Origin: an uncultured Pseudomonadota bacterium
GTDB lineage: Bacteria; Oederibacteriota; Muellerivitia; Muellerivitales; Muellerivitaceae
Reading direction: 5' to 3'
NCBI GenBank assembly: GCA_963843375.1
Contig: CAWJKT010000014.1
Span: 1-64,000 of the forward strand
DNA length: 64,000 bases
Positions 1-10,782 of the stretch are shown here, piece by piece. A program made the translations under genes and the position numbers. Position 1 is the first letter of the stretch, and each line of letters begins with the position of its first letter. The notes beneath the pieces were generated by a model. The model was given only the letters and a program-made list of their open reading frames with translations, was not told where the DNA came from and ran no database searches.

Positions 1-2
1 AA

Positions 3-593
3 AAGCGTCAAATGGAAGCGGTTTTCAAATCCATAAGGGTAATGACGGCGGTATTGATTGTTTTTTGTGGCTTGCAGGCTCTCCTCGCCAAGCCGCTGCT
101 TGATGCATTTTTTCCGGCCAAATGGCATCCGGCGGGGCCAGTGATTACCTGGATAAGTCTTGGCCTAGTTTTTCAGGGAATCTGGATTTCGGTTTCCTCT
201 TGGCTCAACGCTGTAGGCAGGTATCGAGACCTTCTTTGGATCAGCCTAGTCCCGGCCGTTTTGGCAGCAGGGGCGGCTTTTTTAGGGGCCCATTTAAATG
301 GATCTCAAGGGGCCGCAATAGGAACTGCTATTGGGATATCCTTAGGATTCCTTTCCGCTTTTAGTCGATTATCTGTTGGGTATCTGTTGGCGAATATCGG
401 TAAAATTTTAATTCCTTTTTTGATATCTCTTGGAGGGTGGACGGCCACCTTTTACGTTTCATCTGGTTATTCTTTGATTTTTAAAATAATGGGGGCGGGT
501 ATTTATTTGTTCGTTTCTTGTTTTGCTTGGTGGTGTTGTGATGACGGGACACTGAAAAAACTTTTGCCTTCATCTCTTCAGAAACGGAATTAA
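3..593 (+). CDS. wzx: Wzx-type oligosaccharide flippase, C-terminal part (5' end lies outside the window)
   Basis: Frame is open to the window edge; multiple TM helices; 'KWHPAGPVITWISL' and 'LNAVGR' are typical of MOP/PST flippase C-terminal halves. Confidence 0.7.
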   Translation, partial: KRQMEAVFKSIRVMTAVLIVFCGLQALLAKPLLDAFFPAKWHPAGPVITWISLGLVFQGIWISVSSWLNAVGRYRDLLWISLVPAVLAAGAAFLGAHLNGSQGAAIGTAIGISLGFLSAFSRLSVGYLLANIGKILIPFLISLGGWTATFYVSSGYSLIFKIMGAGIYLFVSCFAWWCCDDGTLKKLLPSSLQKRN

Positions 594-659
594 TTAAATG
601 AAAATTTTGGTTGCTTTCAATGGCCTCGCATTTCAAGGCTTGAAAGAAGCGATAAAGTC

Positions 660-1815
660 ATGACTGATCGGATTCCTGTCAACATTGCCGTATGCGGACG
701 CTTTCATTATCACAAATGGGCGGCATATCTGGATCCGAGGCGGATTATGCCGACCATTTATTATTCACACAAGATCGGCGAACATCCTTTTGGTGAATTT
801 ATGGCGTGCAATAAATCAGCCAAGGAATATCTCATACGACTGCATGGCCGCATCCTCGGCGACCGCTTGTTGCCGGATTTTCTGCCGCTTTACCATCACA
901 TATGGGAGCGGGCTGTACTCGTAAACTGGAAGCCGGCGCTGGGTCGCACATGTCATGTTGCACGGGGCTGCTCTCGACATTCTGAAACGCTGCCGTGCCA
1001 AGGGCACTTTCATTTTAGGCGAGGCCGTCAACGCCCATATCGATATGGCAATCAGTATTCTCGCGGAAGAACATGATCGTTTAGGACTGCCTTTCAAGCG
1101 TTATCACCGCGTGTGGGAACATATGCGCCAAGAATATGAGCTGTGTGATCGGATTCTTGTACCCTCAGAATGGGTTGCGCGCTCTTTTACACAAGCGGGA
1201 TTCGCTGCGGAAAAAGTTATCACTATTCCATATCCTTCTGGGATGGCCCGGAAGGACGCACTACAAGGGCAAAAGCGAAAAACCACTGCGGTAACGCGCG
1301 TGCTCTGCGTTGCAGGTATTCAGGTTCGAAAGGGGCTGCATTATTTGGTGGAAGCCGTTGGTCTCTTAAACAGGCAGAGTGAACGATTCTCTTTGACGCT
1401 CGTAGGACGTTGTGCGGATAAGGCGTATTATGACGCACTACGCCGCATGAACATTCCTTTTAATCATGTCCCGCATGTGTCGAATGAAGACATGGTTCAT
1501 TTCATGGACGGATTTGATATCTTTGTTCTGCCAAGTATTGAGGATGGATTCGGCGTCGTTGTTACGGAGGCGCTTGAAGCGGGGCTACCGGTGGTGACGA
1601 CGGCCAACTGCGGTGCTGCTGATGTTATTGTACCGGGAAAAAACGGTTTCATAGTGCCTGCGCAACATGCAAAAGCGCTCGCGGACGCTATCTTCGACGC
1701 CACCCAACTCGCTCCAACGCAAAATGCGCCCCTCTCACAAGAAATTTACAATTGGCCGGAATATGCGCTCAGAATTGCTGATCTTTATGAAGATTGCGTT
1801 CGGAGCAAAGCATGA
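660..1815 (+). pseudogene. GT4 glycosyltransferase split by a +1 frameshift near 935-945 (probably a sequence error)
   Basis: N-part (660, 'VCGRFH') and C-part (955, 'RKG', 'EDGFGVVVTEA' EX7E) join as ...KPA/WVAHVMLHG if one base is removed. Confidence 0.85.
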
Positions 1816-3242
1816 ATACCACAAAAACCTCCCGCTACCTTACGATGTCTGCTCGCCAGCCGCTACAGAGCGACGGGACACGGCATAAGATCACCAAGTT
1901 GATAATGCTGCTTTATGCGATGTTGCTTATAGAAGGCATTGTTCGCAAATGGCTGGTTCCTGGCAGCGCGGATGTTTTCTTTTTCATACGAGTGCCACTC
2001 CTGCTTGTCATTTACTGGAGGGCTTTTAAAGCGGGATTATGGCCGCGCAACAATGGGTTATTTGGTTTCGGAATGATCTGCGCCTTCTTAGGAGTGGATC
2101 TCGTTCCATTTCAAATGTTTCTTGGTAATTATAGCTTAAAGCATCTCATCATTGTCGCGTATGGTATCCATAATTATTTTCTGTACATACCTCTCCCCTT
2201 CATCATGGCTAAATGCCTGACACTTGATCATCTTAAATTCATCACTCGCGTGACGGCATGGATCGTCATCTTGTGCGCGCCTCTGGTAGTCAAACAATAC
2301 TATTCGCAACCGGATTCCTTCATCGTCGCGGGGTCCGGGGGTACAGACGAATACACATTTGCGGGTCTTGGGTATGGTAATCATACGCGTCCAACCGGGC
2401 TTTTCACTTCATCTCTGGGGCAGCAAATGTTCGTTTCCTCCGCATTGGTGCTACTTCTGGCGCTTCGTCTCGACCGTATGCGGAGGAGCGACCTTTCCAC
2501 ACTTGTTTTCGTTTTAGCGTTGGTGGCGGTGCTTCTGATGGTCGGCTTTAGTGCTCAACGAGGCCTTGTCGTGCAAGTAGGTCTCGTGTTCCTGTTTTAT
2601 ATGTGGGCACTCTCCTTTATAGGCAAATTATCATTCAATTTTATTTACATCCCCGCCTTGCTTGCACTAGGTTTTTACCTTTACCTAATTCTCTTCCCCG
2701 ATGTAGCCCAAGAGTTTTCAGATCGCTGGTTAGGGGCATCAATAAGCGAGAGTGTGAGTTATGGCACATTTGGTGGCGGCTTCGTCGGACGAATATTTTA
2801 TGAATTGTTCCAATTCCTATCTATGTTCAAAACGACGCCTCCACAAGGCTATCTCCTGGGGATGGCTGGCAACGCTAGCATGCAGCTTCCTTGGGTCCAA
2901 CATCCTCCATTTGCCGATCAGTGGACGGGGCCAACCGGATGGGGAGAGTCCGGTTTGTCCCGTCATATCATAGACCTCGGATGGTTTGTGGGACCAATTA
3001 CCATCGCGTTCAGGTTCTTCATAATGGTTTCTCTGCTGCGCCAAGCCATAAGAGTGGCAAGAAGTAAGCACAATTTTTGGCCATTAATTTTTATGGGCTT
3101 CCTGACTCCGATCCTCTCTTTCTCCCAGATGACTGCGCAAGGTACGGTTATTGGGTTTTCTTGGATATTCATCGGATTCTGCATGGCGGCTATTCGTGAC
3201 AACGGCACCATTCATCTCTTTGAAACGAGTGATCGAGCATGA
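1812..3242 (+). CDS. Wzy/O-antigen-ligase-like polymerase (multi-TM)
   Basis: About 11 TM helices, 'IEGIVRKW', 'RPTGLF', large periplasmic loop; ATGA overlap with upstream stop supports start 1812 (track start 1794). Confidence 0.7.
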   Translation: MNTTKTSRYLTMSARQPLQSDGTRHKITKLIMLLYAMLLIEGIVRKWLVPGSADVFFFIRVPLLLVIYWRAFKAGLWPRNNGLFGFGMICAFLGVDLVPFQMFLGNYSLKHLIIVAYGIHNYFLYIPLPFIMAKCLTLDHLKFITRVTAWIVILCAPLVVKQYYSQPDSFIVAGSGGTDEYTFAGLGYGNHTRPTGLFTSSLGQQMFVSSALVLLLALRLDRMRRSDLSTLVFVLALVAVLLMVGFSAQRGLVVQVGLVFLFYMWALSFIGKLSFNFIYIPALLALGFYLYLILFPDVAQEFSDRWLGASISESVSYGTFGGGFVGRIFYELFQFLSMFKTTPPQGYLLGMAGNASMQLPWVQHPPFADQWTGPTGWGESGLSRHIIDLGWFVGPITIAFRFFIMVSLLRQAIRVARSKHNFWPLIFMGFLTPILSFSQMTAQGTVIGFSWIFIGFCMAAIRDNGTIHLFETSDRA

Positions 3243-3243
3243 A

Positions 3244-4458
3244 ATGCATCACGAACTATTTTCTCCGGAGGTTTGCATATTGAGGTTGCTGGTCGTCGGA
3301 CACTCTTATCTTACAGCCTTCGCCCAGCAGAAATACATAGCGATGAAACGCCTGCGTCCGGACCTTGATATCAAGATCCTGACCCCACGCCTCATGCGCC
3401 ATCTGTTCGGCATCTATGAGCGAAAAAGAGCTCCGGGATTTTCCGAGACTGAAATACCGGATATTCGCAGTTTCTTCGAGGGTTCGCATATGTCATATGC
3501 GCTCGATCCTCTGAACTTCATCAGTATATTGAAAAACTTCAAGCCGGATCGCATCCATATCGAGGAGGATCCCTACTCTGTGGTAGGGTTCGAGACGGTT
3601 TTCTTGGCGCGCCTGTTCTGTCCGCAGGCAAAAATTAGTTTCTTCCTTTGGGACAACCTCGCGCGTACCTCCCGTTTTCCTCTCGGTCTAATAAAAAGTT
3701 GTCTCAACCGCTATGGGTTGAAGAGGTCGGAACTTATAATTTGCGGAAACCGTGAAGGGGAATTGTTGCTACGCGAGAAAAAGGGTTATACTGGTCGGGC
3801 TGCTGTTCTTCCACAAGTCGCTTGTAACAAGACGGCCTATGAGAATGCTAAGAACCTTCGTCCGTCACTTAATCTTCCTGAAGGCGCAGTTCTGATCGGC
3901 TTTATCGGTCGGCTCATCCCGGAAAAAGGGGTATTTCTTCTATTGGAAGCTCTTCTTTGTCTCGAAGATCTTCCTTGGTGCCTATTGCTCCTTGGCGCGG
4001 GCCCATTGGAGACGGAGATCGCGGACAAATGGGTTCCCCGCTTTGTTAACCGACTGATCTGCCGGAAGGCCGTGCCACACGCAGAGGTGCCATCTTATGT
4101 CAAGGCACTAGATATTTTGACTCTGCCATCCTATTCCACACCTAGGTGGAAAGAACAGTTTGGTTTGGTATTGGCGGAAGCCATGATCCTAGGCGTCCCT
4201 TGCATCGGATCTTCCTCTGGCGCCATTCCTGAGGTAATTGGCCCCGGCGGACTGATTTTCAAGGAAGGGGATATTGAGGAATTGGTTAAAAATCTTAGGA
4301 AAATGATAATGGACCAGAATCTACGTCATGCGCTTGGGGTGAAAGCGCGCGCTTTTGCGAACTCCCATTACACCGTGGATGCTCTGGCTTCTGCCTATCT
4401 CGAACAATTCGGATGGCCAACTTCGATATCTTCCATAATTGAAAAGGCCGACACGTGA
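3244..4458 (+). CDS. GT4 glycosyltransferase
   Basis: 'GFIGRLIPEKG', 'WKEQFGLVLAEAM' EX7E; ATG at 3244 directly follows the upstream stop (track start 3151). Confidence 0.9.
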   Translation: MHHELFSPEVCILRLLVVGHSYLTAFAQQKYIAMKRLRPDLDIKILTPRLMRHLFGIYERKRAPGFSETEIPDIRSFFEGSHMSYALDPLNFISILKNFKPDRIHIEEDPYSVVGFETVFLARLFCPQAKISFFLWDNLARTSRFPLGLIKSCLNRYGLKRSELIICGNREGELLLREKKGYTGRAAVLPQVACNKTAYENAKNLRPSLNLPEGAVLIGFIGRLIPEKGVFLLLEALLCLEDLPWCLLLLGAGPLETEIADKWVPRFVNRLICRKAVPHAEVPSYVKALDILTLPSYSTPRWKEQFGLVLAEAMILGVPCIGSSSGAIPEVIGPGGLIFKEGDIEELVKNLRKMIMDQNLRHALGVKARAFANSHYTVDALASAYLEQFGWPTSISSIIEKADT

Positions 4459-4490
4459 CCCTCTACCGCAAAATGGCTAATTCTATTTAA

Positions 4491-5435
4491 GTGGAGTGTG
4501 AAATGTCCATAAACATTGTTTGTGTTTTACATTACGGCAATCCAGATATAACAATCCAAGCCATAAAGTCAGTTGTTCTACAAAAATTCTGTACCTTTAA
4601 ATTACTTGTTGTTGACAATGATCCCCAAAATAGACTGAAACAAGAAAACCTTTTGAATATAGACAAAAATATTGAATTGATTGTAAGCGAAGAAAACTTT
4701 GGATATGCCGCAGGGAATAATATTGCGATTAAAAAAGCAAAGGAAATGGGCTCGAAATATTTTTTGATATTTAATAATGATGCTGAAATGAAGGGCGAGA
4801 CACTTATTTCTGAATCATTTAATTTTATGGATGGAAATGAGAATTTGGCAATACTTGCGCCTAAAACTTTAAATGAACCAAAGGATTCTGGATATTATTT
4901 AATGTTATTAAAAGTTTGCGGTTTTAAAATTAATTCAAAAAAAGGAAGTAACATTACATATCATGCCACTGTCAGTGGTGCTGCAATTATTCTTAGGATG
5001 TCGGCGGTTTTAAAAGTTGGGGAATTTAATGAAGCGTATTTTTTGTATTGTGAAGAAGATGAATATTGTTTAAGGATGATTATGGCTGGTTATGATGTCG
5101 GTGCAATTAACATATCCGAAAATGTGGTTTTGCATTTAAATAAAGAGGAAAGAAACGAAAATGTTTCCTGGGTAATCGAATTGGTTGCCAGAAATAGATT
5201 TGTACAATTATGTTTCCTTGGAATAAAGGTCAAGTTATTAATTTTGCCTTTGTTGATGGCTTCCGAATTCTATAGTTGTTTTAGATTGGAAGGCAAATTT
5301 AAATTTGAAAAAATGCGAGGATGGGTTAAGGGTTTTATAATTTATATGAATACCTTTTATAAAAAAAGAGATCCGAACTTTCAACGTGAATTATGCAAAC
5401 AAGGTAAAGAAATAATGATGGGGCGTTATTTTTAA
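4491..5435 (+). CDS. GT2 glycosyltransferase (AT-rich gene)
   Basis: 'VVDN', 'NFGYAAGNN', 'FNND', 'YFLYCEEDEYCLR'. Confidence 0.88.
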   Translation: MECEMSINIVCVLHYGNPDITIQAIKSVVLQKFCTFKLLVVDNDPQNRLKQENLLNIDKNIELIVSEENFGYAAGNNIAIKKAKEMGSKYFLIFNNDAEMKGETLISESFNFMDGNENLAILAPKTLNEPKDSGYYLMLLKVCGFKINSKKGSNITYHATVSGAAIILRMSAVLKVGEFNEAYFLYCEEDEYCLRMIMAGYDVGAINISENVVLHLNKEERNENVSWVIELVARNRFVQLCFLGIKVKLLILPLLMASEFYSCFRLEGKFKFEKMRGWVKGFIIYMNTFYKKRDPNFQRELCKQGKEIMMGRYF

Positions 5436-5711
5436 AATTAATAAAACCCTTCCTTTAAAACGTTTCGTATTTAATTTGCATTTACCGTAATTGTATCACT
5501 TCTATTAGTTCTGATTTAACAGTTTTAAAAATGCGAATGTGCAGTTAAAGGGGTTGGCGTTGTGATCCAAACACTGGCGATTGTAATTGTTATGGTCGGA
5601 TATATCTTTAAAAAGGAATATATACTCTTAATCAAAATTCCGGAATTGATTGAAACTTTTGAAAGTATGTGAAACTTTTTTAACCTCTGATGTTTTCACG
5701 AAAGAATCTTT

Positions 5712-6866
5712 TTGAATACTTTAGCTGTTATCAACGGTCTTTCAAAAGCCTCGGGCGGAACTTCCCATAGCGTCCCGGAATTGAGTAATGCCCTGGGGCG
5801 TGTTGGGGCGAACCGGTTTCTCATTAATATTTCCAGCAAAATGGATGGAGAATCCAATCTCCCGGACCCCCAATTGGTCGACACATTAAACGTTCGGGCC
5901 CGCAAATTTTCGTTTATCCGTTGGGCGCCGCAATTGCCCTTTGCAATTCGGGATATATGTAGCCATGAAAATATCAAACTAATGCATATTCATGGCATCT
6001 GGCTGCCAGGGGCCCATACGGCGGTGCGGGTTTCAAAGGAACTTAAGCTGCCCCTCGTCATTACCACGCACGGTATGTTGACTCAATGGCATTTCAACCA
6101 CAAAGCCTGGAAAAAGCGTCCCGCTTGGTGGCTTTACCAAAAGAAGGACCTGGAAACTGCCCGTGCCGTTCATATCACCTCTAAAGACGAAGGTGACGAT
6201 TTGCGAAAAATAGGATTTAAAGGGTCAATGGCCCTCATTCCCAATGGATCCGAAATCCCCAAATGGCACGAGCCAAGCATGGAACCCAAGGAGACACGAA
6301 CGGCTCTTTTCTTTTCCCGCATTCATTTGAAAAAAGGCCTTTTGAATCTGGTGGAAGCTTGGGCTGCTCTGCGGCCGAAAGGTTGGCGTATGTTGATTGT
6401 AGGCCCGGACACGGAAGGCTACGGCCAAGTGGTGAAAAACGCCGTCCGGAACAAAGGTTTGGAAAAGGACTTCGTATTTATGGAACCGGTTTATGGTCAA
6501 GCCAAATGGGACGTTTACCGGAATGCGGATATCTTCGTCCTTCCGACCTTCACCGAAAACTTCGGTATAGTGATACCGGAAGCCATGGCTTGCGGTCTGC
6601 CCGTGATTACGACGCACGGCACTCCTTGGAACGAAATAAGGGAGCGGAACTGCGGTTGGTGGATCCCCATCGGGGTGGACCCCCTGGTGGAGGCCTTGAG
6701 GCGAGCGATCAGTGCATCGGATGCGGAACGCAGGGCGATGGGTAAGCGAGGAAGGCAATTGGTAGAGGAAAAATACAACTGGGATTCGGCGGCTAAGAAA
6801 ATGCTGATTCTATATGAATGGATTTTGGGCGGGGGTCAAACTCCGCCTTTCGTGAGGGTTGATTAA
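5712..6866 (+). CDS. GT4 glycosyltransferase
   Basis: 'HIHGIW', 'SRIHLKKG', 'ENFGIVIPEAMACGLPV'. Confidence 0.92.
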   Translation: MNTLAVINGLSKASGGTSHSVPELSNALGRVGANRFLINISSKMDGESNLPDPQLVDTLNVRARKFSFIRWAPQLPFAIRDICSHENIKLMHIHGIWLPGAHTAVRVSKELKLPLVITTHGMLTQWHFNHKAWKKRPAWWLYQKKDLETARAVHITSKDEGDDLRKIGFKGSMALIPNGSEIPKWHEPSMEPKETRTALFFSRIHLKKGLLNLVEAWAALRPKGWRMLIVGPDTEGYGQVVKNAVRNKGLEKDFVFMEPVYGQAKWDVYRNADIFVLPTFTENFGIVIPEAMACGLPVITTHGTPWNEIRERNCGWWIPIGVDPLVEALRRAISASDAERRAMGKRGRQLVEEKYNWDSAAKKMLILYEWILGGGQTPPFVRVD

Positions 6867-6868
6867 GC

Positions 6869-7756
6869 ATGAAACACCTCCGGCGAATACCCGTTACGGT
6901 TTTGATGGCGGTAAAAAACGAAGGCCTCAACCTGCCCAAATGCCTTCAATCGCTTCAACCCGCTGAAAGGGTTGTGGTCTTGGATTCCGGAAGCATAGAT
7001 GAAACCCCCGCCCTAGCCAAGCGCTTGGGCGCGGAAGTAATTCAATTCCACTATAAAGGCGGCTATCCCAAAAAGCGGCAATGGGCCTTGAACCATCTCA
7101 AGATTAAAACCAAATGGGTTCTATTGATTGACGCTGACGAAGAAGTGCCCGATGATTTATGGGCTGAGATCGACCGTGAAATCGGGTCGTCATCGCCCAA
7201 CAAAGCTTATCTGATCAAAAAACAATACCATTTCATGGGCAAGAAATTCCGGTTTGGCGGCTTTTCTTTTGAGGCGATCTTGTTGTTCCAAAAGGGTTGT
7301 GCCCGTTTTGAGCATTTGATCGACGAACCGGCTTCGGCCATGGACATGGAAGTGCATGAGCGATTGATCGTGGAGGGGCCTATCGGCAAAATGAAAACGC
7401 CTCTTCTTCACAATGACTTCAAAAACCTGGAAGCCTTCGTGGGCCGGCACAATAAATACTCCACTTGGGAAGCGAAGGTCCGGAAGAGTTTCAGGAAAAC
7501 GGGCCAATATGGCCAAACTTCAATCCAGCCCCGTCTTTTTGGAAATCCCCAGGAACGCCGCCGGTTCCAGAAAAAACTCGTTCAAAATGTTCTTTTTGAG
7601 CCCTTTATCTGGTTTCTTTATCACTATTTTTTTCATTTGGGGTTTTTGGAAGGCCAGCGGGGGTGGATTGCCTGCCTCTTTAAGGCCCAATACATCTTCC
7701 AGGTCCGGGCTAAAATGAAAGAAATGTCCTTTAAGTCGATGGAAAAAAATAAGTGA
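6869..7756 (+). CDS. GT2 glycosyltransferase (beta-1,4-glucosyltransferase-like)
   Basis: 'KNE', 'DSGSIDET', 'IDADE', 'EVHE', 'RHNKYSTWEA', 'GFLEG'. Confidence 0.9.
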   Translation: MKHLRRIPVTVLMAVKNEGLNLPKCLQSLQPAERVVVLDSGSIDETPALAKRLGAEVIQFHYKGGYPKKRQWALNHLKIKTKWVLLIDADEEVPDDLWAEIDREIGSSSPNKAYLIKKQYHFMGKKFRFGGFSFEAILLFQKGCARFEHLIDEPASAMDMEVHERLIVEGPIGKMKTPLLHNDFKNLEAFVGRHNKYSTWEAKVRKSFRKTGQYGQTSIQPRLFGNPQERRRFQKKLVQNVLFEPFIWFLYHYFFHLGFLEGQRGWIACLFKAQYIFQVRAKMKEMSFKSMEKNK

Positions 7757-7769
7757 AGGTTTTAAAAGA

Positions 7770-8534
7770 ATGATCTCGGTCGAAAAGTTAAAACGGAAAT
7801 TTAAAAGGGGGATGGACCTGGCGGATGTCCTTATCTCAGAAGGCGGTTGGAGGGCCTTCCGGACATGGCGACCCTTTTCCGTGTCATGTTTCCGGATTTG
7901 CCATAGGCTCAAAGAATTCGGGATTCCGTTTGAAACTATAGTGGATGGAGGCGCCAATATCGGGCAATTCGCCAGGGCCTCCGCCGAAACCTTTCCCCAA
8001 GCCAAAGTGCTTAGTTTTGAACCCCTTCCGGAAATTGCTGAATTGCTTAGACGGAATCTGAGCGACAACCCGCGGTTTGTGGTTTTTGAGGCGGCTCTTG
8101 GTCGGAAAGACGGATCGGCGGACCTCTACCGAAACCTTTATTCTCATTCTTCCTCGATCCTTCCACTGCATCCTGAACATAACCGGATTTTTCCGGATAC
8201 GCAAAACCGGAGCCTTTCCAGTCTCAAAGTGAAGCTCGTGAAACTCGATACGGTCTTAAGAAATGAAAAAATTCAGAAACCGATGCTTCTAAAACTCGAT
8301 GTCCAGGGGTTCGAACTTGAAGCTTTACGCGGGGCAGCCAAGAGTTTGGGTCAAACTACCGCGATCCTCCTCGAGACGACATTCGCAATGCTATACGATG
8401 GGGAAGTTTCCTTCACTCAAATTGAAGAATTCCTTCGCCGTTATGGATTTCGTTTTATTCAACCCATCGACATTTTAGAAGACGGACAAAATCGAATCGC
8501 GCAAATGGACGCTCTTTTTCTAAAAAGGAAATAG
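7770..8534 (+). CDS. FkbM-family SAM-dependent methyltransferase
   Basis: 'DGGANIGQ', 'SFEP', 'LKLDVQGFE', 'QMDALF'. Confidence 0.92.
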   Translation: MISVEKLKRKFKRGMDLADVLISEGGWRAFRTWRPFSVSCFRICHRLKEFGIPFETIVDGGANIGQFARASAETFPQAKVLSFEPLPEIAELLRRNLSDNPRFVVFEAALGRKDGSADLYRNLYSHSSSILPLHPEHNRIFPDTQNRSLSSLKVKLVKLDTVLRNEKIQKPMLLKLDVQGFELEALRGAAKSLGQTTAILLETTFAMLYDGEVSFTQIEEFLRRYGFRFIQPIDILEDGQNRIAQMDALFLKRK

Positions 8535-8553
8535 TGATTCCAAACAGCTATTA

Positions 8554-9174
8554 TTGAATAAGGAACCTAGGAAAAGATTCATGAAATGGTTCACAACAAG
8601 TACCTTGAAAGCGATCGGAATTATCCTGTTCCTGGTTTTTGCGGTATTCCTGGTTGAGGCCCTTTATTATTTCCGCGTTTATTCGGAAATTGTGGCTCGC
8701 CCGGAAAAGGGGTATGACCTTGTTTTGTTTTACGGGGGGGCGGGGAGCGTGGATCAAGCGGTAAAATTGGCGATGGAAGGCCCAACCGCTCTCTTTATAT
8801 CCGGTGATGAATCCGAAGCCAGGGAGGCGTTACGAGAAGTACCGAAGGATTTGTTGGTCGTTTCCGATCCGCGCGCGCTCACCACCGATCAGAACGCCCG
8901 CTATTCGGCCCCTTTTATCCGGCAGAAAGGCTGTCGCCGCGTCCTGTTAGTGACCGGATGGGACCATCTTCCCCGGGCGCTCTTTTTGACCCGGTTTTAC
9001 CTGATGGGGTCGGGTGTTACTGTTATCCCTTGCGCAAATAGCCCGGCACCTAAAGACTGGTGGCGATACCCCGAGACTAGGGTCCAGCTTTTTAAGTTCT
9101 GGGGAAGCTTGGGCCGGATCATCCTACACGAAATTGGCATTAACGATTGGCCTACTCCGGAATGGATGCCTTGA
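8554..9174 (+). CDS. YdcF/DUF218 (ElyC/SanA-like) protein, copy 1
   Basis: N-terminal TM, 'LFYGG', 'ISG', 'TTDQNA', 'LVT..HLPRA'; start may be ATG 8581. Confidence 0.8.
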   Translation: MNKEPRKRFMKWFTTSTLKAIGIILFLVFAVFLVEALYYFRVYSEIVARPEKGYDLVLFYGGAGSVDQAVKLAMEGPTALFISGDESEAREALREVPKDLLVVSDPRALTTDQNARYSAPFIRQKGCRRVLLVTGWDHLPRALFLTRFYLMGSGVTVIPCANSPAPKDWWRYPETRVQLFKFWGSLGRIILHEIGINDWPTPEWMP

Positions 9175-9262
9175 CCCAAAAGTATTGGCCTTTTTTCCTC
9201 CGTGTTTGAATTTTTTGCACAAGAAATGGACTGTCCATTTTGATCCTTTTTTACTAATCTTT

Positions 9263-9292
9263 TTGGTCGTAACCACATTGAACCCCTATAAT
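9263..9292 (+). promoter_or_regulatory. Putative sigma70 promoter
   Basis: TTGGTC-18 nt-TATAAT (perfect -10 at 9287-9292) upstream of the 9412 gene. Confidence 0.35.
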
Positions 9293-9411
9293 TCAGTAGT
9301 AATTTAGGGCGGTGATTTTAATGATAAACCCAAAAACAAAACCTCTGTCGTCCAAGTAAAAATGAATATTTCTGAATTAAACGGGAGTAAGGTGATCGGC
9401 TTGGACCAAGA

Positions 9412-10641
9412 ATGACAACTCTCGTTCTCTACCAATATTATTCCCCGGACGATGTGATTGGCGCCCAGCAGTTCACGGGTTTGGCCGAAGGTTTGGCGGC
9501 ACGCGGGTATGAAGTGGAAACCTGGCCCTGCAACCGGAGCCGCCATCATCCGGAAGATTCCTATTCCCTCAAAGCTTCACAACTCAACGGTGTCACCGTG
9601 AGGCGGGTTTGGCGCCCCGAATTCAACCAGGGCCGTTTCCTGGGACGGATACTGAATGCCCTTTGGATGGAGGCGGCCTGGGGTTTACGGGCCCTCTTTT
9701 CTCAAAAAGCCCCTGAAACCGTCATCATCGGGGCCGACCCCATTTTCGGCCTTTTACTGGTTCCTTTTTTCAAACTTCGCTGGCACCAAACCCAAATCGT
9801 CCATTGGTGCTTCGACCTATACCCCGAATATCCCATTGCGGAAGGTATGGTTAAAGAAAAAGGTGTTTTGGTTCGGTTTTTAAGAACCCTCTTAAGGCCC
9901 TCATATGCTCAATGCGATCTCATAGCCAATGTGGGCTTTTGCATGAAGGAAAAATTATCCTCTTATCCTATTCGCCGGTCGGCAACTTTGACTCCATGGG
10001 CCCAAGAAGAACCGGCCGAGCCCCTTCCATTAGACATCCGGGAAAGGGCGCAGTTGTTCGGGGATTCCCCCTTGGCCCTTCTTTATTCCGGCAATTTGAG
10101 TCACCCTCACCGTTTCGATCTAACTCTGGAATTGGCTCGGAAAATGCGGGATTCCGCTGTTTTTGTTTTTAGTGTCCGGGGAAATCGGGTGGGGGACCTG
10201 GTAACCACTTTGAAACCCGAAGATTCCAATATCGGTTTCACGGTTTTCGCCCCGCGAGAAAAATTGGCTGCGAGGCTTTCGGCTACGGATGTGCATTTGG
10301 TGTCGCTGAAATCCTCTTATACGGGGGTGGCGGTGCCTTCCAAATTCTTCGGCGCCCTAGCTGTCGGAAGGCCCATTCTTTTTGAGGGGGACGAAAACTC
10401 CTCCATCGCCCGGTGGATTAAGGAGTACGAACTGGGTTGGGTCCTTCATCCAGCCAACTTGGAGGAAATCGCTTCGGAATTGAAAAAATTTTCCAGCTGC
10501 TCTACCCGAAAAGAAGCGATGTTTAAGCATTGCCATCAGGTTTACCAGGAGCGGTTCACCCAAAAAGCGGTGCTGGAGGGCTGGGACAAGGAATTGCGAG
10601 GCCTACTTCATCCCAGAACCGGCGAGCCCTCTCTGATTTAA
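9412..10641 (+). CDS. GT4 glycosyltransferase (WcaI/WbuB-like), copy 1
   Basis: 'QYYSPD', 'DLYPE', 'YSGNL', 'VPSKFFGALAVGRP'. Confidence 0.88.
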   Translation: MTTLVLYQYYSPDDVIGAQQFTGLAEGLAARGYEVETWPCNRSRHHPEDSYSLKASQLNGVTVRRVWRPEFNQGRFLGRILNALWMEAAWGLRALFSQKAPETVIIGADPIFGLLLVPFFKLRWHQTQIVHWCFDLYPEYPIAEGMVKEKGVLVRFLRTLLRPSYAQCDLIANVGFCMKEKLSSYPIRRSATLTPWAQEEPAEPLPLDIRERAQLFGDSPLALLYSGNLSHPHRFDLTLELARKMRDSAVFVFSVRGNRVGDLVTTLKPEDSNIGFTVFAPREKLAARLSATDVHLVSLKSSYTGVAVPSKFFGALAVGRPILFEGDENSSIARWIKEYELGWVLHPANLEEIASELKKFSSCSTRKEAMFKHCHQVYQERFTQKAVLEGWDKELRGLLHPRTGEPSLI

Positions 10642-10782
10642 TCCTTTTCATCTTTCCCGCTAAACCCCATTTTCTAAAGCCAAAAGCCCATCCCCGTCTA
10701 AGTTGGTGAAAAATAGGAAAACATTGTATTATTGCCGGACATATCTGGATCCAAATATTTATTGAAAGGAATGAAAGATCGA

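Noticed and set aside
5562..5672. Possible 36-codon hydrophobic ORF (MIQTLAIVIVMVGY...)
   Set aside because: Such ORFs arise easily in AT-rich gaps; no motif or independent support
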